A stretch of DNA of 64,000 nt from an uncultured Mycoplasmatota bacterium. GTDB lineage: Bacteria > Bacillota_I > Bacilli_A > RF39 > UBA660. The DNA lies in contig CAMJBC010000001.1 in assembly GCA_946403755.1 (NCBI GenBank), positions 80,735-144,734 on the forward strand, read 5' to 3'. The notes under the pieces were generated by a model that was not told where the DNA came from, did no database searches, and was given only the letters and a program-made list of their open reading frames with translations. Shown here piece after piece: positions 9,077 through 19,049 of this stretch (positions within the stretch are counted from its first letter, which is position 1; every line of letters begins with the position of its first letter). The translations under genes were made by a program, and so were the position numbers.

Positions 9077-10196
9077 TTGGTTTATTTTTTATTTCATCAT
9101 CCATAATATTTTCATATATTTGAGAATATACTTGAGATACTCTATATTCTATATCTAATGTTTTATATTTCTTAGTATCATATTTATTTAATATTGGAAC
9201 ATTTATATTACTTTTTATTATATTTAAATATTCTTGTCCTTTTTTATTAAAACCTAGTATTCTTATATATTCTAAATCTTTTATATTATTTTCTTCTTTA
9301 GTAAACGAACATAATATATGACATAACATTCTAGATATTTTATTATATGTATATCTTTTTGTTTTTATATTTTGAATTAATTCTTCTAAATTATTAGATA
9401 TATTAATAGATTTTTTAATTCTTGTAGATAATCCTTCATCTACATCTAAATAAACACTTAAGTCTTTTTCTGATACTATTTTATATTTTAAATATTCAAA
9501 GTATTTTGAAGCTATATTTTTGCTTTTTAATATATTTAGTGTATTTGATGGTACCATATGTGAAATATCTTTATTTTGGCTTAATTTTGCTCTTATATTT
9601 GATGAGGAAGATATATCATCATTAGAATCAATATCATGATAATTATTTGTTCTTTTAATATTAAGTGGTTTGAAACTATAATTATTCTTTAATATTTCTT
9701 TTATATATGACAATGCTAATAAATCATTAGGTGTATTAAACTCTTTTTGATTTAAATCTTTTAATGCATTATTTAATGCAGTAGGGTAATTAATACCTTT
9801 ATCCATATATTCTTTTACTAATAAATCAAACTTTTTATTATTTATTTGTGTTTTAGCACTTTTAATAAGATTATCTATATTATCTGATTCTGTTCCAAAA
9901 CATAAATAATTTATATTAAATTCATTTAATATTTTTAATGAATATTTAGCAAATATATCACTAGATTGAGTAGAGTATATATATGGTAATTCAAGTACTA
10001 TATCTATACCATTCTCTAAAGCAATTTTAGTTTTATCCCATTTATTTATAATAGATAATTCTCCTCTTTGAGTAAAAGAAGAAGATGTAACAACTATTAT
10101 TAATGAATTTGGATATAATTCTTTTATTTTATTTATTTGATATAAATGTCCATTATGAAATGGATTATATTCAACAACTATACCAATAACTTCCAT
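9060..10196 (-). CDS. tmcAL: tRNA(Met) cytidine acetate ligase (YlbM/UPF0348 nucleotidyltransferase family)
   Basis: N-terminus MEVIGIVVEYNPFHNGHLYQ is the characteristic (V)EYNPFHNGH nucleotidyltransferase motif of YlbM/TmcAL. Length of about 380 aa fits. Confidence 0.8.
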   Translation of the reverse strand: MEVIGIVVEYNPFHNGHLYQINKIKELYPNSLIIVVTSSSFTQRGELSIINKWDKTKIALENGIDIVLELPYIYSTQSSDIFAKYSLKILNEFNINYLCFGTESDNIDNLIKSAKTQINNKKFDLLVKEYMDKGINYPTALNNALKDLNQKEFNTPNDLLALSYIKEILKNNYSFKPLNIKRTNNYHDIDSNDDISSSSNIRAKLSQNKDISHMVPSNTLNILKSKNIASKYFEYLKYKIVSEKDLSVYLDVDEGLSTRIKKSINISNNLEELIQNIKTKRYTYNKISRMLCHILCSFTKEENNIKDLEYIRILGFNKKGQEYLNIIKSNINVPILNKYDTKKYKTLDIEYRVSQVYSQIYENIMDDEIKNKPIKKDE

Positions 10197-10350
10197 ATAT
10201 TACTCCTTTCAGCGTGAATATTATATCAAAATTAAAAAAATTATACAATTTATTAAGATTTTACTTGATATTTTTATTATTTTATGAGAAAATACATTAG
10301 CAAATGAAAAAAAGTATAAAAAACCTTATATATAAAAAGGAGGAATAAAA

Positions 10351-10563
10351 ATGAAATTAGATATTACTTTATTTGGTGCTTTACCTTTTAGAAGAGTTAG
10401 TAAAACTGCTAAAAGACAAAGAAGAACTCATTTAAAGAAAACTGCTCCTACAGTAGTAACTTGCCCTAATTGTGGTGCTACTGTTGCTCCACATAGAGCA
10501 TGCACTAAGTGTGGATACTATAAAGGAAAAGAAGTTATTAAAGTTAACAAAGAAGAAAAGTAG
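10351..10563 (+). CDS. rpmF: 50S ribosomal protein L32 (zinc-ribbon form) with a short N-terminal extension
   Basis: [16 protein letters not shown] followed by CPNCG...C.KCG. AAGGAGG RBS 7 nt upstream of the ATG at 10351. Confidence 0.9.
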   Translation: MKLDITLFGALPFRRVSKTAKRQRRTHLKKTAPTVVTCPNCGATVAPHRACTKCGYYKGKEVIKVNKEEK

Positions 10564-10632
10564 TCAGTCGTCAGATTGACTTTTTTTATGTTTTATGATA
10601 TAATATGTTCGCTTTTTAAGGGGGAGCATAAA

Positions 10633-11127
10633 ATGAAAAAAAGATTAGCTGCTAAGGTACTTAGTACAGTAGCAACAATATCATTATTAAGTGGCTGTGC
10701 TGCTGATACAAAAAATAATAGTGAGAACACTGTTAGTGTTAGTGTTACTGAACCAACTATTGTACAAGAAGTAATACCAAATGATTATACTAAACCTGAA
10801 ACTGATTCAGCTATTAAATATGCTGGGGAACATTATATTACATATTATGCATATTATGATAATGATAACGACTATTATGATGATAATAATTTTGGTAAAA
10901 CTAATGGTTGGATAAATGCTAATGTACCAAGTATAGAAGGATATTCAGTATATGATGTTAATCCTATTACTGGAAGATATGGAAATGGATCAAAAACTAT
11001 TGGTTTTTCATATCATTTAGTAAATAATGAAGATGTAAGAGTAACAGGATATTATAATCCATTAACTGGTGATTATGATTATCTAGAACCTGGTACACCA
11101 ATTAGAATAATTAAAACTTTAGATTAA
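10633..11127 (+). CDS. Lipoprotein of unknown function
   Basis: MKKRLAAKVLSTVATISLLSG|CAAD is a classic lipobox. GGGGAG RBS precedes 10633. The upstream alternative start in the ORF track lacks an RBS. Confidence 0.7.
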   Translation: MKKRLAAKVLSTVATISLLSGCAADTKNNSENTVSVSVTEPTIVQEVIPNDYTKPETDSAIKYAGEHYITYYAYYDNDNDYYDDNNFGKTNGWINANVPSIEGYSVYDVNPITGRYGNGSKTIGFSYHLVNNEDVRVTGYYNPLTGDYDYLEPGTPIRIIKTLD

Positions 11128-11210
11128 TATAAAAAAGGTAAGATGAAAGTCTTACTTTTTTATTGGAAAAAATTACATAAAATGTTATAATAGTTTTGGA
11201 GATGATAAAT

Positions 11211-11693
11211 ATGAAAAAAGGATTTACTTTAATAGAATTATTAGTTGTTATAGTAATCATTGGCGCTATAGCAACATTAGTATTACCTGGATTATTAAAT
11301 AATTATACAAAAGCATTATCTAAAATTATGCATACTCAAGAAAACTTAATTAATGATGCTGCTAGTTTAGCTGTTAAAGATTATTGTAATAGTCCAATAA
11401 CACCACAATATAGATTAGAATGTAAGTATAATGCTTCTTCTTCAAATATTAGAAAAGGATTAATTAAAGAAGCTAATGGAATATATTATATGTGTGAATA
11501 TGATTTAGAGACATATGGATATTATGAAAATCAATTAACTTATGAAAAAACTACATGTAATGCATTTACCACTTTTGAATTAAATTCAAATAATCAATTT
11601 GTTAATCCAAAAACATATGTTTATTGTGGACAAGATTATGATTATGATTATGTTACGGATGAAAGCGTAAGCGAATATGATTTTGAATGCTAG
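11211..11693 (+). CDS. Type IV pilin / ComGC-like pseudopilin
   Basis: MKKG|FTLIELLVVIVIIGAIATLVLP is a prepilin cleavage/methylation motif. Six Cys in the globular part. GGAG RBS. Confidence 0.8.
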   Translation: MKKGFTLIELLVVIVIIGAIATLVLPGLLNNYTKALSKIMHTQENLINDAASLAVKDYCNSPITPQYRLECKYNASSSNIRKGLIKEANGIYYMCEYDLETYGYYENQLTYEKTTCNAFTTFELNSNNQFVNPKTYVYCGQDYDYDYVTDESVSEYDFEC

Positions 11694-11701
11694 GAGTTAA
11701 T

Positions 11702-12115
11702 ATGGCAAAGAAAGCAAAAATATATAAAATAGATAATACAAATACTAAAGAAGGTAATAAAGTTATTATTCAATTTATAGTTGGAATATTAGTATATGCT
11801 TTAGTATTAATGATAGCTAATAGTATATTTAAAGGAATATTTATTAGTAATTTCTTTTATGCTATTGTAGCAGCATTAATTTTATCTATACTAGATTATT
11901 ATGTTAAACCAATTATTGTATTCTTTACTTGGCCACTTACATTAATTACACTAGGTCTTGCTTATCCAGTGGTTAATGTAATAATGCTACATATATGTGA
12001 TTGGATAATGGGTTCTGCATTTGAAATAGGTGGATTTATTAATGCATTTATAATAGCTATATTTATTAGTATAGTAAGAATATTTTTAGATAATATAATA
12101 ACTAAGAACGTATAG
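11702..12115 (+). CDS. YvlD-like 4-TM membrane protein (phage holin 4_2 superfamily)
   Basis: Small protein with four hydrophobic segments. The pattern ...DYYVKPIIVFFTWPLTLITLGL... resembles the YvlD family. AGGAG RBS before 11702. Confidence 0.5.
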   Translation: MAKKAKIYKIDNTNTKEGNKVIIQFIVGILVYALVLMIANSIFKGIFISNFFYAIVAALILSILDYYVKPIIVFFTWPLTLITLGLAYPVVNVIMLHICDWIMGSAFEIGGFINAFIIAIFISIVRIFLDNIITKNV

Positions 12116-12125
12116 GAGGGATATT

Positions 12126-12938
12126 ATGTCACCAGTTATGTTTACAATTGGTCCATTTGAAATAAGATGGTATAGTGTTTTAATTCTTATTGGAGTAATT
12201 TTAGCATATAAAATTATATCTAGCGAAATGAATAGATTTCATATTAAAAATGATTTTACTTTTAATATGATGTTTTGGGCATTAATAGCTGGTATTTTAG
12301 GAGCTAGAATATATTATGTTATATTTGAATGGGGTTATTATTCACAAAATCTATCAGAAATAATTAAAATATGGCATGGAGGACTTGCTATTCATGGAGG
12401 TTTATTAGCAGGTGGATTAGTAGTATACTTCTTTTCTAAAAAGAATGGAGCTGATCCAAGAAAAATGTTTGATATTTTAGTACCTGGTGTTATAATTGCT
12501 CAAGCAATTGGAAGATGGGGTAATTTCTTTAATGGTGAAGCATATGGAAGTGCTGTTGAATATGATACATTAATTAAATTAAGATTTATTCCTCAATTTG
12601 TAATAGATAATATGGAAGTAAATGGTGTATATCATTTACCAATGTTCTATTTTGAATCATTATTATGTATATTAGGATTTATAATTATACTTATTATTAG
12701 AAGAGGCAAATATGTTAAAAAAGGACAAATATTTGGTTTCTATTTAATGTGGTATGGTTTAATTAGATTTGTAATTGAAATATTTAGAATGGATAGTTTA
12801 ATGATATTTAATGCTAAAGTAGCTCATATAGTTAGTGTATTAATGTTTATATTTGGATTCTATTTAATATCTATTCAAGCTAGAAAACCTAAATTAGATG
12901 AATTATATAATAATTTTGATGATGAAATTAAATATTAG
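12126..12938 (+). CDS. lgt: Prolipoprotein diacylglyceryl transferase
   Basis: GPFEIRWYSVLI, HGGLAIHGGLLAG and GRWGNFFNGEAYG are Lgt signature segments. Confidence 0.93.
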   Translation: MSPVMFTIGPFEIRWYSVLILIGVILAYKIISSEMNRFHIKNDFTFNMMFWALIAGILGARIYYVIFEWGYYSQNLSEIIKIWHGGLAIHGGLLAGGLVVYFFSKKNGADPRKMFDILVPGVIIAQAIGRWGNFFNGEAYGSAVEYDTLIKLRFIPQFVIDNMEVNGVYHLPMFYFESLLCILGFIIILIIRRGKYVKKGQIFGFYLMWYGLIRFVIEIFRMDSLMIFNAKVAHIVSVLMFIFGFYLISIQARKPKLDELYNNFDDEIKY

Positions 12939-12946
12939 GTGATATT

Positions 12947-13834
12947 ATGTATGATTGTATTATAGTAGGAATGGGATGTGCTGGCATGAGTGCTGGCATT
13001 TATGCTAAAAGAGCTGGATTAAATACTTTAATGGTTGATGAAGCTATGCCTGGTGAAAATTTGGCTAAAATAAGTGTTATAGAAAACTATCTTGGATTTA
13101 AAAGTATTACTGGTAGTGAACTTGCTCTTCAAATGTTTGAACATATTAAATCTGAAGATGTTCAATATAAAATAGCTAAAGTACTTAATATTAGAATTAA
13201 TGATGATGGAACTAAGACTGTTTTTACTAGTAAAGGTGAATATAAATCAAAAGGTGTAATTATCGCAGGTGGTAGAAAATATAAGAAAAGTGGACTTGCT
13301 AATGAAGATAAATACATAGGTAAAGGTATTAGTTATTGTGCTGTTTGTGATGGACCACTTTATAAAAATAAAACAATAGTTGTACTTGGTGGTGGAAATA
13401 GTGCTTTTGAAGAAGCAGCATATTTAAGTAGATTTGCTAAAAGCGTTACTATTATAGTAAGAGGATCTATTAAAGCAGATATGCAAGCAAGAGAACAAGT
13501 AAATAAAGCTAATATTAAGATTATTGCTCAAAGAAGTGTAGTAGAATTTCTTGGAAATGAATATATTACAGGAGTTAAGCTAGATGATGATACAGTTATT
13601 GATTGTGAAGGTGTATTTATATACTTTGGTACAGTAGCTGATACTTCATTTATTAAAGAACTTGATATTACTGATGAAAATGGATATATACTAGTAGATA
13701 ATTGTATGAAAACTAAATATGATGGTGTATATGCATGTGGTGATGTTATTAAAAAAGAATTATATCAAATAGCAACAGCTGTTTCAGATGGTGCCATTGC
13801 AGCAACTTGTTTAAAGAGGGAACTTGATAAATGA
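12947..13834 (+). CDS. trxB: Thioredoxin-reductase-family flavoprotein (CAVC redox motif, atypical pyridine-nucleotide site)
   Basis: FAD GxGxxG (IVGMGCAGMSAG), redox-active CAVCDG, second Rossmann GGGNSAFEEAAYL and ACGDV. The HRR..FR motif is replaced by VRGSIKAD. Confidence 0.8.
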   Translation: MYDCIIVGMGCAGMSAGIYAKRAGLNTLMVDEAMPGENLAKISVIENYLGFKSITGSELALQMFEHIKSEDVQYKIAKVLNIRINDDGTKTVFTSKGEYKSKGVIIAGGRKYKKSGLANEDKYIGKGISYCAVCDGPLYKNKTIVVLGGGNSAFEEAAYLSRFAKSVTIIVRGSIKADMQAREQVNKANIKIIAQRSVVEFLGNEYITGVKLDDDTVIDCEGVFIYFGTVADTSFIKELDITDENGYILVDNCMKTKYDGVYACGDVIKKELYQIATAVSDGAIAATCLKRELDK

Positions 13835-14358
13835 AAATATTTATAGGTTGTTCATCTTATGATGAATTAAATAATATTTATTATGAAGAAGCTAAAAAAA
13901 TTGCTAAATATCTAGTGGACAGAAATTGTTCACTAGTTTTTGGTGGCTCAAGTAAAGGAATAATGGGTAGTGTATATAATACTTTTAAAGAAAATAATAA
14001 AGATATATATGCTATTCAAACAAAACATTATTCTAATGATTTAGAAGGATTAGAATGCCATAAGCAAATAGTTGAAACTACTTTAGAACAACTAGAAGAA
14101 TTTATGAAACAATCTGATTTACTTATTTTTTTACCTGGTGGTTATGGTACATATAATGAATTATTCTATATGATAAGTGAATATGTAAATGAAACTCATA
14201 ATAAAAAGATAATAATCTATAATATTAATAATTATTTTGACGGATTAGAAGAAATATTTAGTAAAATTAAAGAAGAAAAATTTGCATCTTTGTTTGATTT
14301 TGTTAAAATAATAAATAACTTAGATGAATTTAAATCTTATATGGAGGAAATATGCTAG
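13831..14358 (+). CDS. LOG-family (TIGR00730) nucleotide-binding protein
   Basis: GGSSKGIMG and PGGYGTYNELFYM motifs. Start overlaps the trxB stop (ATGA). Confidence 0.75.
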   Translation: MKIFIGCSSYDELNNIYYEEAKKIAKYLVDRNCSLVFGGSSKGIMGSVYNTFKENNKDIYAIQTKHYSNDLEGLECHKQIVETTLEQLEEFMKQSDLLIFLPGGYGTYNELFYMISEYVNETHNKKIIIYNINNYFDGLEEIFSKIKEEKFASLFDFVKIINNLDEFKSYMEEIC

Positions 14359-15050
14359 TATATGGTAAAAATGTAGTTAGAGAAATTATTAATTCTAATA
14401 CTAAAATATTTAAAGTATTTTTAGATAATAATTTTAATGATCAAGAATTAATGAGTTTAATAAATAAAAAGAATCTCAAGAAATTCCATATGGATAGAAA
14501 TAAATTAGATAGAATGTGTGATAATGGAATTACTCAAGGAATAGCACTTGATATTGAAGAATATAAATATCTAGATATTAAAGATATTGAAAATGATAAA
14601 GATGCTAATTTCTTAGTTATGTTAGATTCTCTTGAAGATCCACATAATTTTGGTGCTATAATAAGAACTTGTGAATGTGCTGGAGTAAATTATATTATTA
14701 TTCCTAAAAAAAGAAGTGTTTCTGTTAATTCTACAGTATATAAAACTAGTGTAGGGGCACTTAATAATGTTAAAATAGTTGAAGTTGTTAATTTAACTAA
14801 TACTATAAACAAATTAAAAGATTTAGGTTATTGGGTATATGGTGCTGAAGCAGGAAGTACAGATTTTAGAAAAATAGATTATAGTGGTAAAACATGTTTA
14901 GTTATTGGTAGTGAAGGACATGGTTTAAAACAAATAGTAGCATCATCTTGTGATCAAATAATTTCTTTACCAATGAAAGGAAAAGTAAATTCATTAAATG
15001 CAAGTGTAGCTGGTGGAATATTAATATATGAAATTATGAGATATAAATAG
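14352..15050 (+). CDS. rlmB: 23S rRNA (guanosine-2'-O)-methyltransferase, SpoU/TrmH family
   Basis: YGKN.V.E, DPHNFGAIIRT, IGSEGHGL and SLNASVAGGI motifs. Position before a sigH-like gene matches Bacillus. Confidence 0.85.
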   Translation: MLVYGKNVVREIINSNTKIFKVFLDNNFNDQELMSLINKKNLKKFHMDRNKLDRMCDNGITQGIALDIEEYKYLDIKDIENDKDANFLVMLDSLEDPHNFGAIIRTCECAGVNYIIIPKKRSVSVNSTVYKTSVGALNNVKIVEVVNLTNTINKLKDLGYWVYGAEAGSTDFRKIDYSGKTCLVIGSEGHGLKQIVASSCDQIISLPMKGKVNSLNASVAGGILIYEIMRYK

Positions 15051-15058
15051 GAGGTTTT

Positions 15059-15664
15059 ATGGATTACAAAAATGATAATGAATTAATATATTTATGTTGT
15101 GAAAATAATGAAGAAGCTTATGATATTATTATTAGAAAGTATAAAAAAGTAATTCTATCAATATTAAAAGATTTACTTAAAGAATATAATATTATTGGTT
15201 ATGAAGCTTCTGATTTATATCAAGAGGGTTTAATAGGATTATTGCATGCTATTCATACATATAAAGAAACTGAATCAGCTTCTTTTAATACTTATGCAAC
15301 AACATGTATTAAAAATAATATTATGACTTCTATTAAACAATCATTTAGACAAAAAAATAGAATACTTAATAATTCATATTCATTAGATAAATTATTTGAA
15401 GAATCAAATGAATCATACTATAATATATTAAAAGATAATTCTTTTGAACCATCTGAGATGTTATTTAATGCTGAAAATGAAAATGATTTAATACAAAGAT
15501 TAAAAGCTAAATTAAGTAAAAGAGAAAGTGTTATATTTGACTTAAGATTAAACGGACTTAAAAATTCTGAAATAGCTGAATTATTAAGTAAAGATAAAAA
15601 ATTTATAGAAAATACTATGTTTAGAATCAATAGAAAATATAATCAATTAATAAATAATGAATAG
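15059..15664 (+). CDS. sigH: Sigma-70 family sigma factor, SigH-like
   Basis: Region 2 (DLYQEGLIGLLHAIHTYKE..SFNTYATTCIKNNI) and a region 4 HTH (LNGLKNSEIAELL). Synteny with rlmB. Confidence 0.7.
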   Translation: MDYKNDNELIYLCCENNEEAYDIIIRKYKKVILSILKDLLKEYNIIGYEASDLYQEGLIGLLHAIHTYKETESASFNTYATTCIKNNIMTSIKQSFRQKNRILNNSYSLDKLFEESNESYYNILKDNSFEPSEMLFNAENENDLIQRLKAKLSKRESVIFDLRLNGLKNSEIAELLSKDKKFIENTMFRINRKYNQLINNE

Positions 15665-15743
15665 ATATTAACAATCTTAAAAATATGTAAAATAACTAGT
15701 AATAGTTATTTTTAATTGATATAATTATTATGAGGATGATATT

Positions 15744-16292
15744 ATGTTTGATTATTTAAAAGGAATAGTAACAAAATGCATCGCTAATTATATAGTAGTA
15801 GATGTAAATGGAGTTGGATATAGAGTATATACATCTAACCCATATAGATTTCATGAAGATGAAGAATACACTGTATATGTTTATAATCATGTAAGAGAAG
15901 AAGAATATACATTATATGGATTTATAAGTGAAGAAGAAAGAGATTTATTTTTAAGATTAATAGATGTTAAAGGACTTGGTCCTAAAATGGCTTTATCAAT
16001 TCTAGCAACTGGTACTATTAATGGTATAGTAGATGCAATTGATAGAGAAAATATCTTGTATCTTAAGAAAATACCAAAAATTGGAGAAAAACTTGCTAGA
16101 CAAATTATACTTGATCTTAAAGGTAAACTAGCTAGTATAGAAAGTCATGAAGAATCATCTGATGAATTAATTATGGCTTTAGAAGCATTAGGATATAAAT
16201 CTAGTGATGTTAAAAATGTTATAGTTAAAGTAGATAAAACTCAAAATATAGAAACTCAAATAAAAGAAGCATTAAAATTATTATTAAAGTGA
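15744..16292 (+). CDS. ruvA: Holliday junction DNA helicase subunit RuvA
   Basis: MFDYLKGIV...VDVNGVGYRVY, HhH motifs (VKGLGPKMAL, IPKIGEKLA) and a C-terminal domain III. Confidence 0.93.
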   Translation: MFDYLKGIVTKCIANYIVVDVNGVGYRVYTSNPYRFHEDEEYTVYVYNHVREEEYTLYGFISEEERDLFLRLIDVKGLGPKMALSILATGTINGIVDAIDRENILYLKKIPKIGEKLARQIILDLKGKLASIESHEESSDELIMALEALGYKSSDVKNVIVKVDKTQNIETQIKEALKLLLK

Positions 16293-16299
16293 GGTTATT

Positions 16300-16890
16300 A
16301 TGGTAATAGGAATAGATATGGATGATACAATTTGTTCTACTAATGAAAGAATAATTGTTGAAGCTGATAAATATGATAAAGAAGTATTAGGTGGTAGTGG
16401 TATTAAAGATATCAATGCTTATGAATTTACTGAAATGATGGGATGGGAAAAAGACATGAAAGGTAAATTCTTTGCAGATAGACTTGAATACATAATGGAT
16501 AATGCTGAAATTAAACCTAGTGCTAAAGAAGTTATAAATAAATTACATGATGAGGGTAATAAAATTATTATTATTTCTTTTAGAAAAGGTAAATATATTA
16601 AAGATCCATATAATTTAACTATTAATTGGTTAAATAGACATGGAATTAAATATGACAAAGTATATGTAGATACTGGCGAAAAGACAGATGAATGTATTGA
16701 AAATGGAGTTAATCTATTTATAGATGATAAAGAAAGTCATTGTGAAGATGTAAGCAATGCAGGAATAGAAGTACTTTTATTTACTAATCAATATAATCAT
16801 GATGAAAATAGATTTAGAAGAGTAGATAATTGGGATGAAGTGTATAGTTATATAAAGGAGAAAAATAATGGAGGAGAGAGTAGTAACTAA
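16300..16890 (+). CDS. HAD-superfamily 5'(3')-deoxyribonucleotidase-like phosphatase
   Basis: [10 protein letters not shown] is a DxDxT HAD motif I. C-terminal FIDDK is motif IV. Size and layout match the NT5C/YorS family. Confidence 0.6.
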   Translation: MVIGIDMDDTICSTNERIIVEADKYDKEVLGGSGIKDINAYEFTEMMGWEKDMKGKFFADRLEYIMDNAEIKPSAKEVINKLHDEGNKIIIISFRKGKYIKDPYNLTINWLNRHGIKYDKVYVDTGEKTDECIENGVNLFIDDKESHCEDVSNAGIEVLLFTNQYNHDENRFRRVDNWDEVYSYIKEKNNGGESSN

Positions 16891-17881
16891 TCATGAATTA
16901 ACTGAAGATACTTTTGAAAAAAGTATTAGACCTGATTCATTTGATGAATATATTGGACAAACTGATGTTAAAGAGAATATTAAAGTATTTGTAGCAGCAG
17001 CTAAACTTAGAAATACTTCTCTTGATCATGTTTTATTATATGGCCCTCCTGGACTAGGAAAAACAACCCTAGCTCATATTATTGCTAATGAACTTGGAAG
17101 TAATATTAAAACTGCTAGTGGACCTACTATTGAAAAAAGTGGTGATTTGGCAGCTATACTTTCTACTTTAGAACCTAATGATGTATTATTTATAGATGAA
17201 ATTCATAGAATACCTAAATATATTGAAGAAATATTATATAGTGCTATGGAAGACTATAAATTAGATATTATTATTGGTGGTGAAGGACAAAGTAGAAGTA
17301 TTAAAATAGATTTACCTCCATTTACTTTAGTTGGAGCAACAACAAGAGCTGGTGATTTATCAAGTCCATTAAGAGATAGATTTGGTATTGTATCTAAATT
17401 GGAATTTTATACTGATGAAGAATTAACAGAAATTGTAGAAAGAACTGCAAGAGTGTTAAATACTAAGATTGAAAAGAAAGCAGCTTTTGAAATAGCAATA
17501 CGTAGTAGAAAGACTCCTCGTATAGCAAATAGATTACTTAAAAGAGTTAGTGATTTTGCTTTAGTTGAAGGAAAAGATAAAATAGACTTAGACATAGTAA
17601 AAAAGAGCCTAGAACGTCTTAAAATCAATCCTCATGGCCTAGATAGTACTGATGTAGAATATTTAATGAGTATTATTAAGAAATTTAATGGTGGACCTGT
17701 TGGAATTGAATCAATTGCATCATCTATTGGAGAAGAAGCAACAACTATAGAAGATGTTATAGAACCTTTCTTATTACAAGAAGGATATGTAAAAAGAACT
17801 TCTAGAGGAAGAATTATAACAGAAAAAACTTATAGAGAATTTAAAATAAATGAACAAAAAACATTATTTGATGAATACTAA
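16868..17881 (+). CDS. ruvB: Holliday junction DNA helicase RuvB
   Basis: [11 protein letters not shown], Walker [10 protein letters not shown], Walker B LFIDEIHR and [15 protein letters not shown]. Confidence 0.96.
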   Translation: MEERVVTNHELTEDTFEKSIRPDSFDEYIGQTDVKENIKVFVAAAKLRNTSLDHVLLYGPPGLGKTTLAHIIANELGSNIKTASGPTIEKSGDLAAILSTLEPNDVLFIDEIHRIPKYIEEILYSAMEDYKLDIIIGGEGQSRSIKIDLPPFTLVGATTRAGDLSSPLRDRFGIVSKLEFYTDEELTEIVERTARVLNTKIEKKAAFEIAIRSRKTPRIANRLLKRVSDFALVEGKDKIDLDIVKKSLERLKINPHGLDSTDVEYLMSIIKKFNGGPVGIESIASSIGEEATTIEDVIEPFLLQEGYVKRTSRGRIITEKTYREFKINEQKTLFDEY

Positions 17882-17892
17882 AAAAAATAGAA

Positions 17893-18747
17893 CTATTTAT
17901 ATAGTTCTATTTTATATTGTTCTATTATTTCATTCATTAAGCTTATATAATCTTTTTCTTCTAATCTTTCCTCTTCAGATAAAGTAAATATATTATTAAT
18001 TTCTAATTTCTTTAATGAATTTTCATTAATAAATTTTTCTTGATCTTCATTTAATTCTTGTCCTTCAAGAATATAAATATATTCAATTTTCTTTTCACTT
18101 ATTAATTTCTTAGCATCAGATTTAGATTTATCAATAGATTCATTATTTTCATCAATAGATATTACATTAATATTATATTTAGATAAGAAAGTTAAATCAT
18201 CAGAAGTAGTTAATATAGTATTATGATTACCATTTTTACCAATATTATATAATTGAACATCTAATTCAGATACTTTTTCATTTAAACTATCGTAATTCTT
18301 TTGTATTTCTTCTTTTACATATGCATTATCAGTATATTCAATTAAACTAGATTTAATATTACTACATAACATTAAATAGTTAGATGGATTTAACCAAACT
18401 CTAGTAAAACTATAACTATTTGATATACCTTTAGTAGCATCAATTATTTGTAATTTACCATTTTTATTAAGTAAATCTCTTGCTAAAGTAGCTTCATTTG
18501 AAATACCAGAGTATATAAATGTTTCTCCTTTAGAATATTTATCTTTCTTTTTATCAGTAACTTTATAACTTGAATTAGCTCCATTTGGATAAACACTTGA
18601 TATATTAGCATGATCTTTATATAACATATTAGTTGCATATTCAATAGGATAACTTGTAGTATATACATATTTATCACTAAAATCATCTACAAAATCACAA
18701 CCACATAACATTAAAATTGCTACTAAAACTATTAATATTTTTTTCAT
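17893..18747 (-). CDS. ZnuA/TroA-like lipoprotein (cluster-9 solute-binding fold) apparently lacking metal-ligand histidines
   Basis: Lipobox LMLCG|C. Layout [13 protein letters not shown]...[13 protein letters not shown]...TFIYSG mirrors the ZnuA pattern (V.TS..PL......PxGxxPHxYEP...), but the His/Glu ligands are replaced. Confidence 0.45.
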   Translation of the reverse strand: MKKILIVLVAILMLCGCDFVDDFSDKYVYTTSYPIEYATNMLYKDHANISSVYPNGANSSYKVTDKKKDKYSKGETFIYSGISNEATLARDLLNKNGKLQIIDATKGISNSYSFTRVWLNPSNYLMLCSNIKSSLIEYTDNAYVKEEIQKNYDSLNEKVSELDVQLYNIGKNGNHNTILTTSDDLTFLSKYNINVISIDENNESIDKSKSDAKKLISEKKIEYIYILEGQELNEDQEKFINENSLKKLEINNIFTLSEEERLEEKDYISLMNEIIEQYKIELYK

Positions 18748-18962
18748 AATTCTTCTCCTTTAATAACAGGATCATATCCAAATTTACCAAATGGATGACA
18801 CCTTAATATTCTTTTAATTCCTTTAAATATACCTTTAACTCCATAAATTTCTATACATTCTTTCATATATTCACTACATGTAGGAGTAAATCTACATGCA
18901 GAATGAGTATGAAGTGGCATTATTTGATATAAATTAATTAATTTAATTAATACTTTTTTCAT
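18744..18962 (-). CDS. yidD: Membrane protein insertion efficiency factor YidD
   Basis: [19 protein letters not shown]....G....RILRCHPF...GYDPV. Its stop overlaps the start of the downstream lipoprotein gene. Confidence 0.9.
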   Translation of the reverse strand: MKKVLIKLINLYQIMPLHTHSACRFTPTCSEYMKECIEIYGVKGIFKGIKRILRCHPFGKFGYDPVIKGEEL

Positions 18963-19049
18963 ATTAATAATTATATAATAAAATGTAAAAAAAATAAACA
19001 TATCTTTCTATTAAATATGAATTATACTATAATTATGATAGGTGATTAT

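Noticed and set aside
11702-12115. A holin-superfamily gene as part of a phage lysis cassette.
   Set aside because: No endolysin or phage structural genes are adjacent. YvlD-type 4-TM proteins are common chromosomal genes, and this one is embedded in a housekeeping string ending in lgt.
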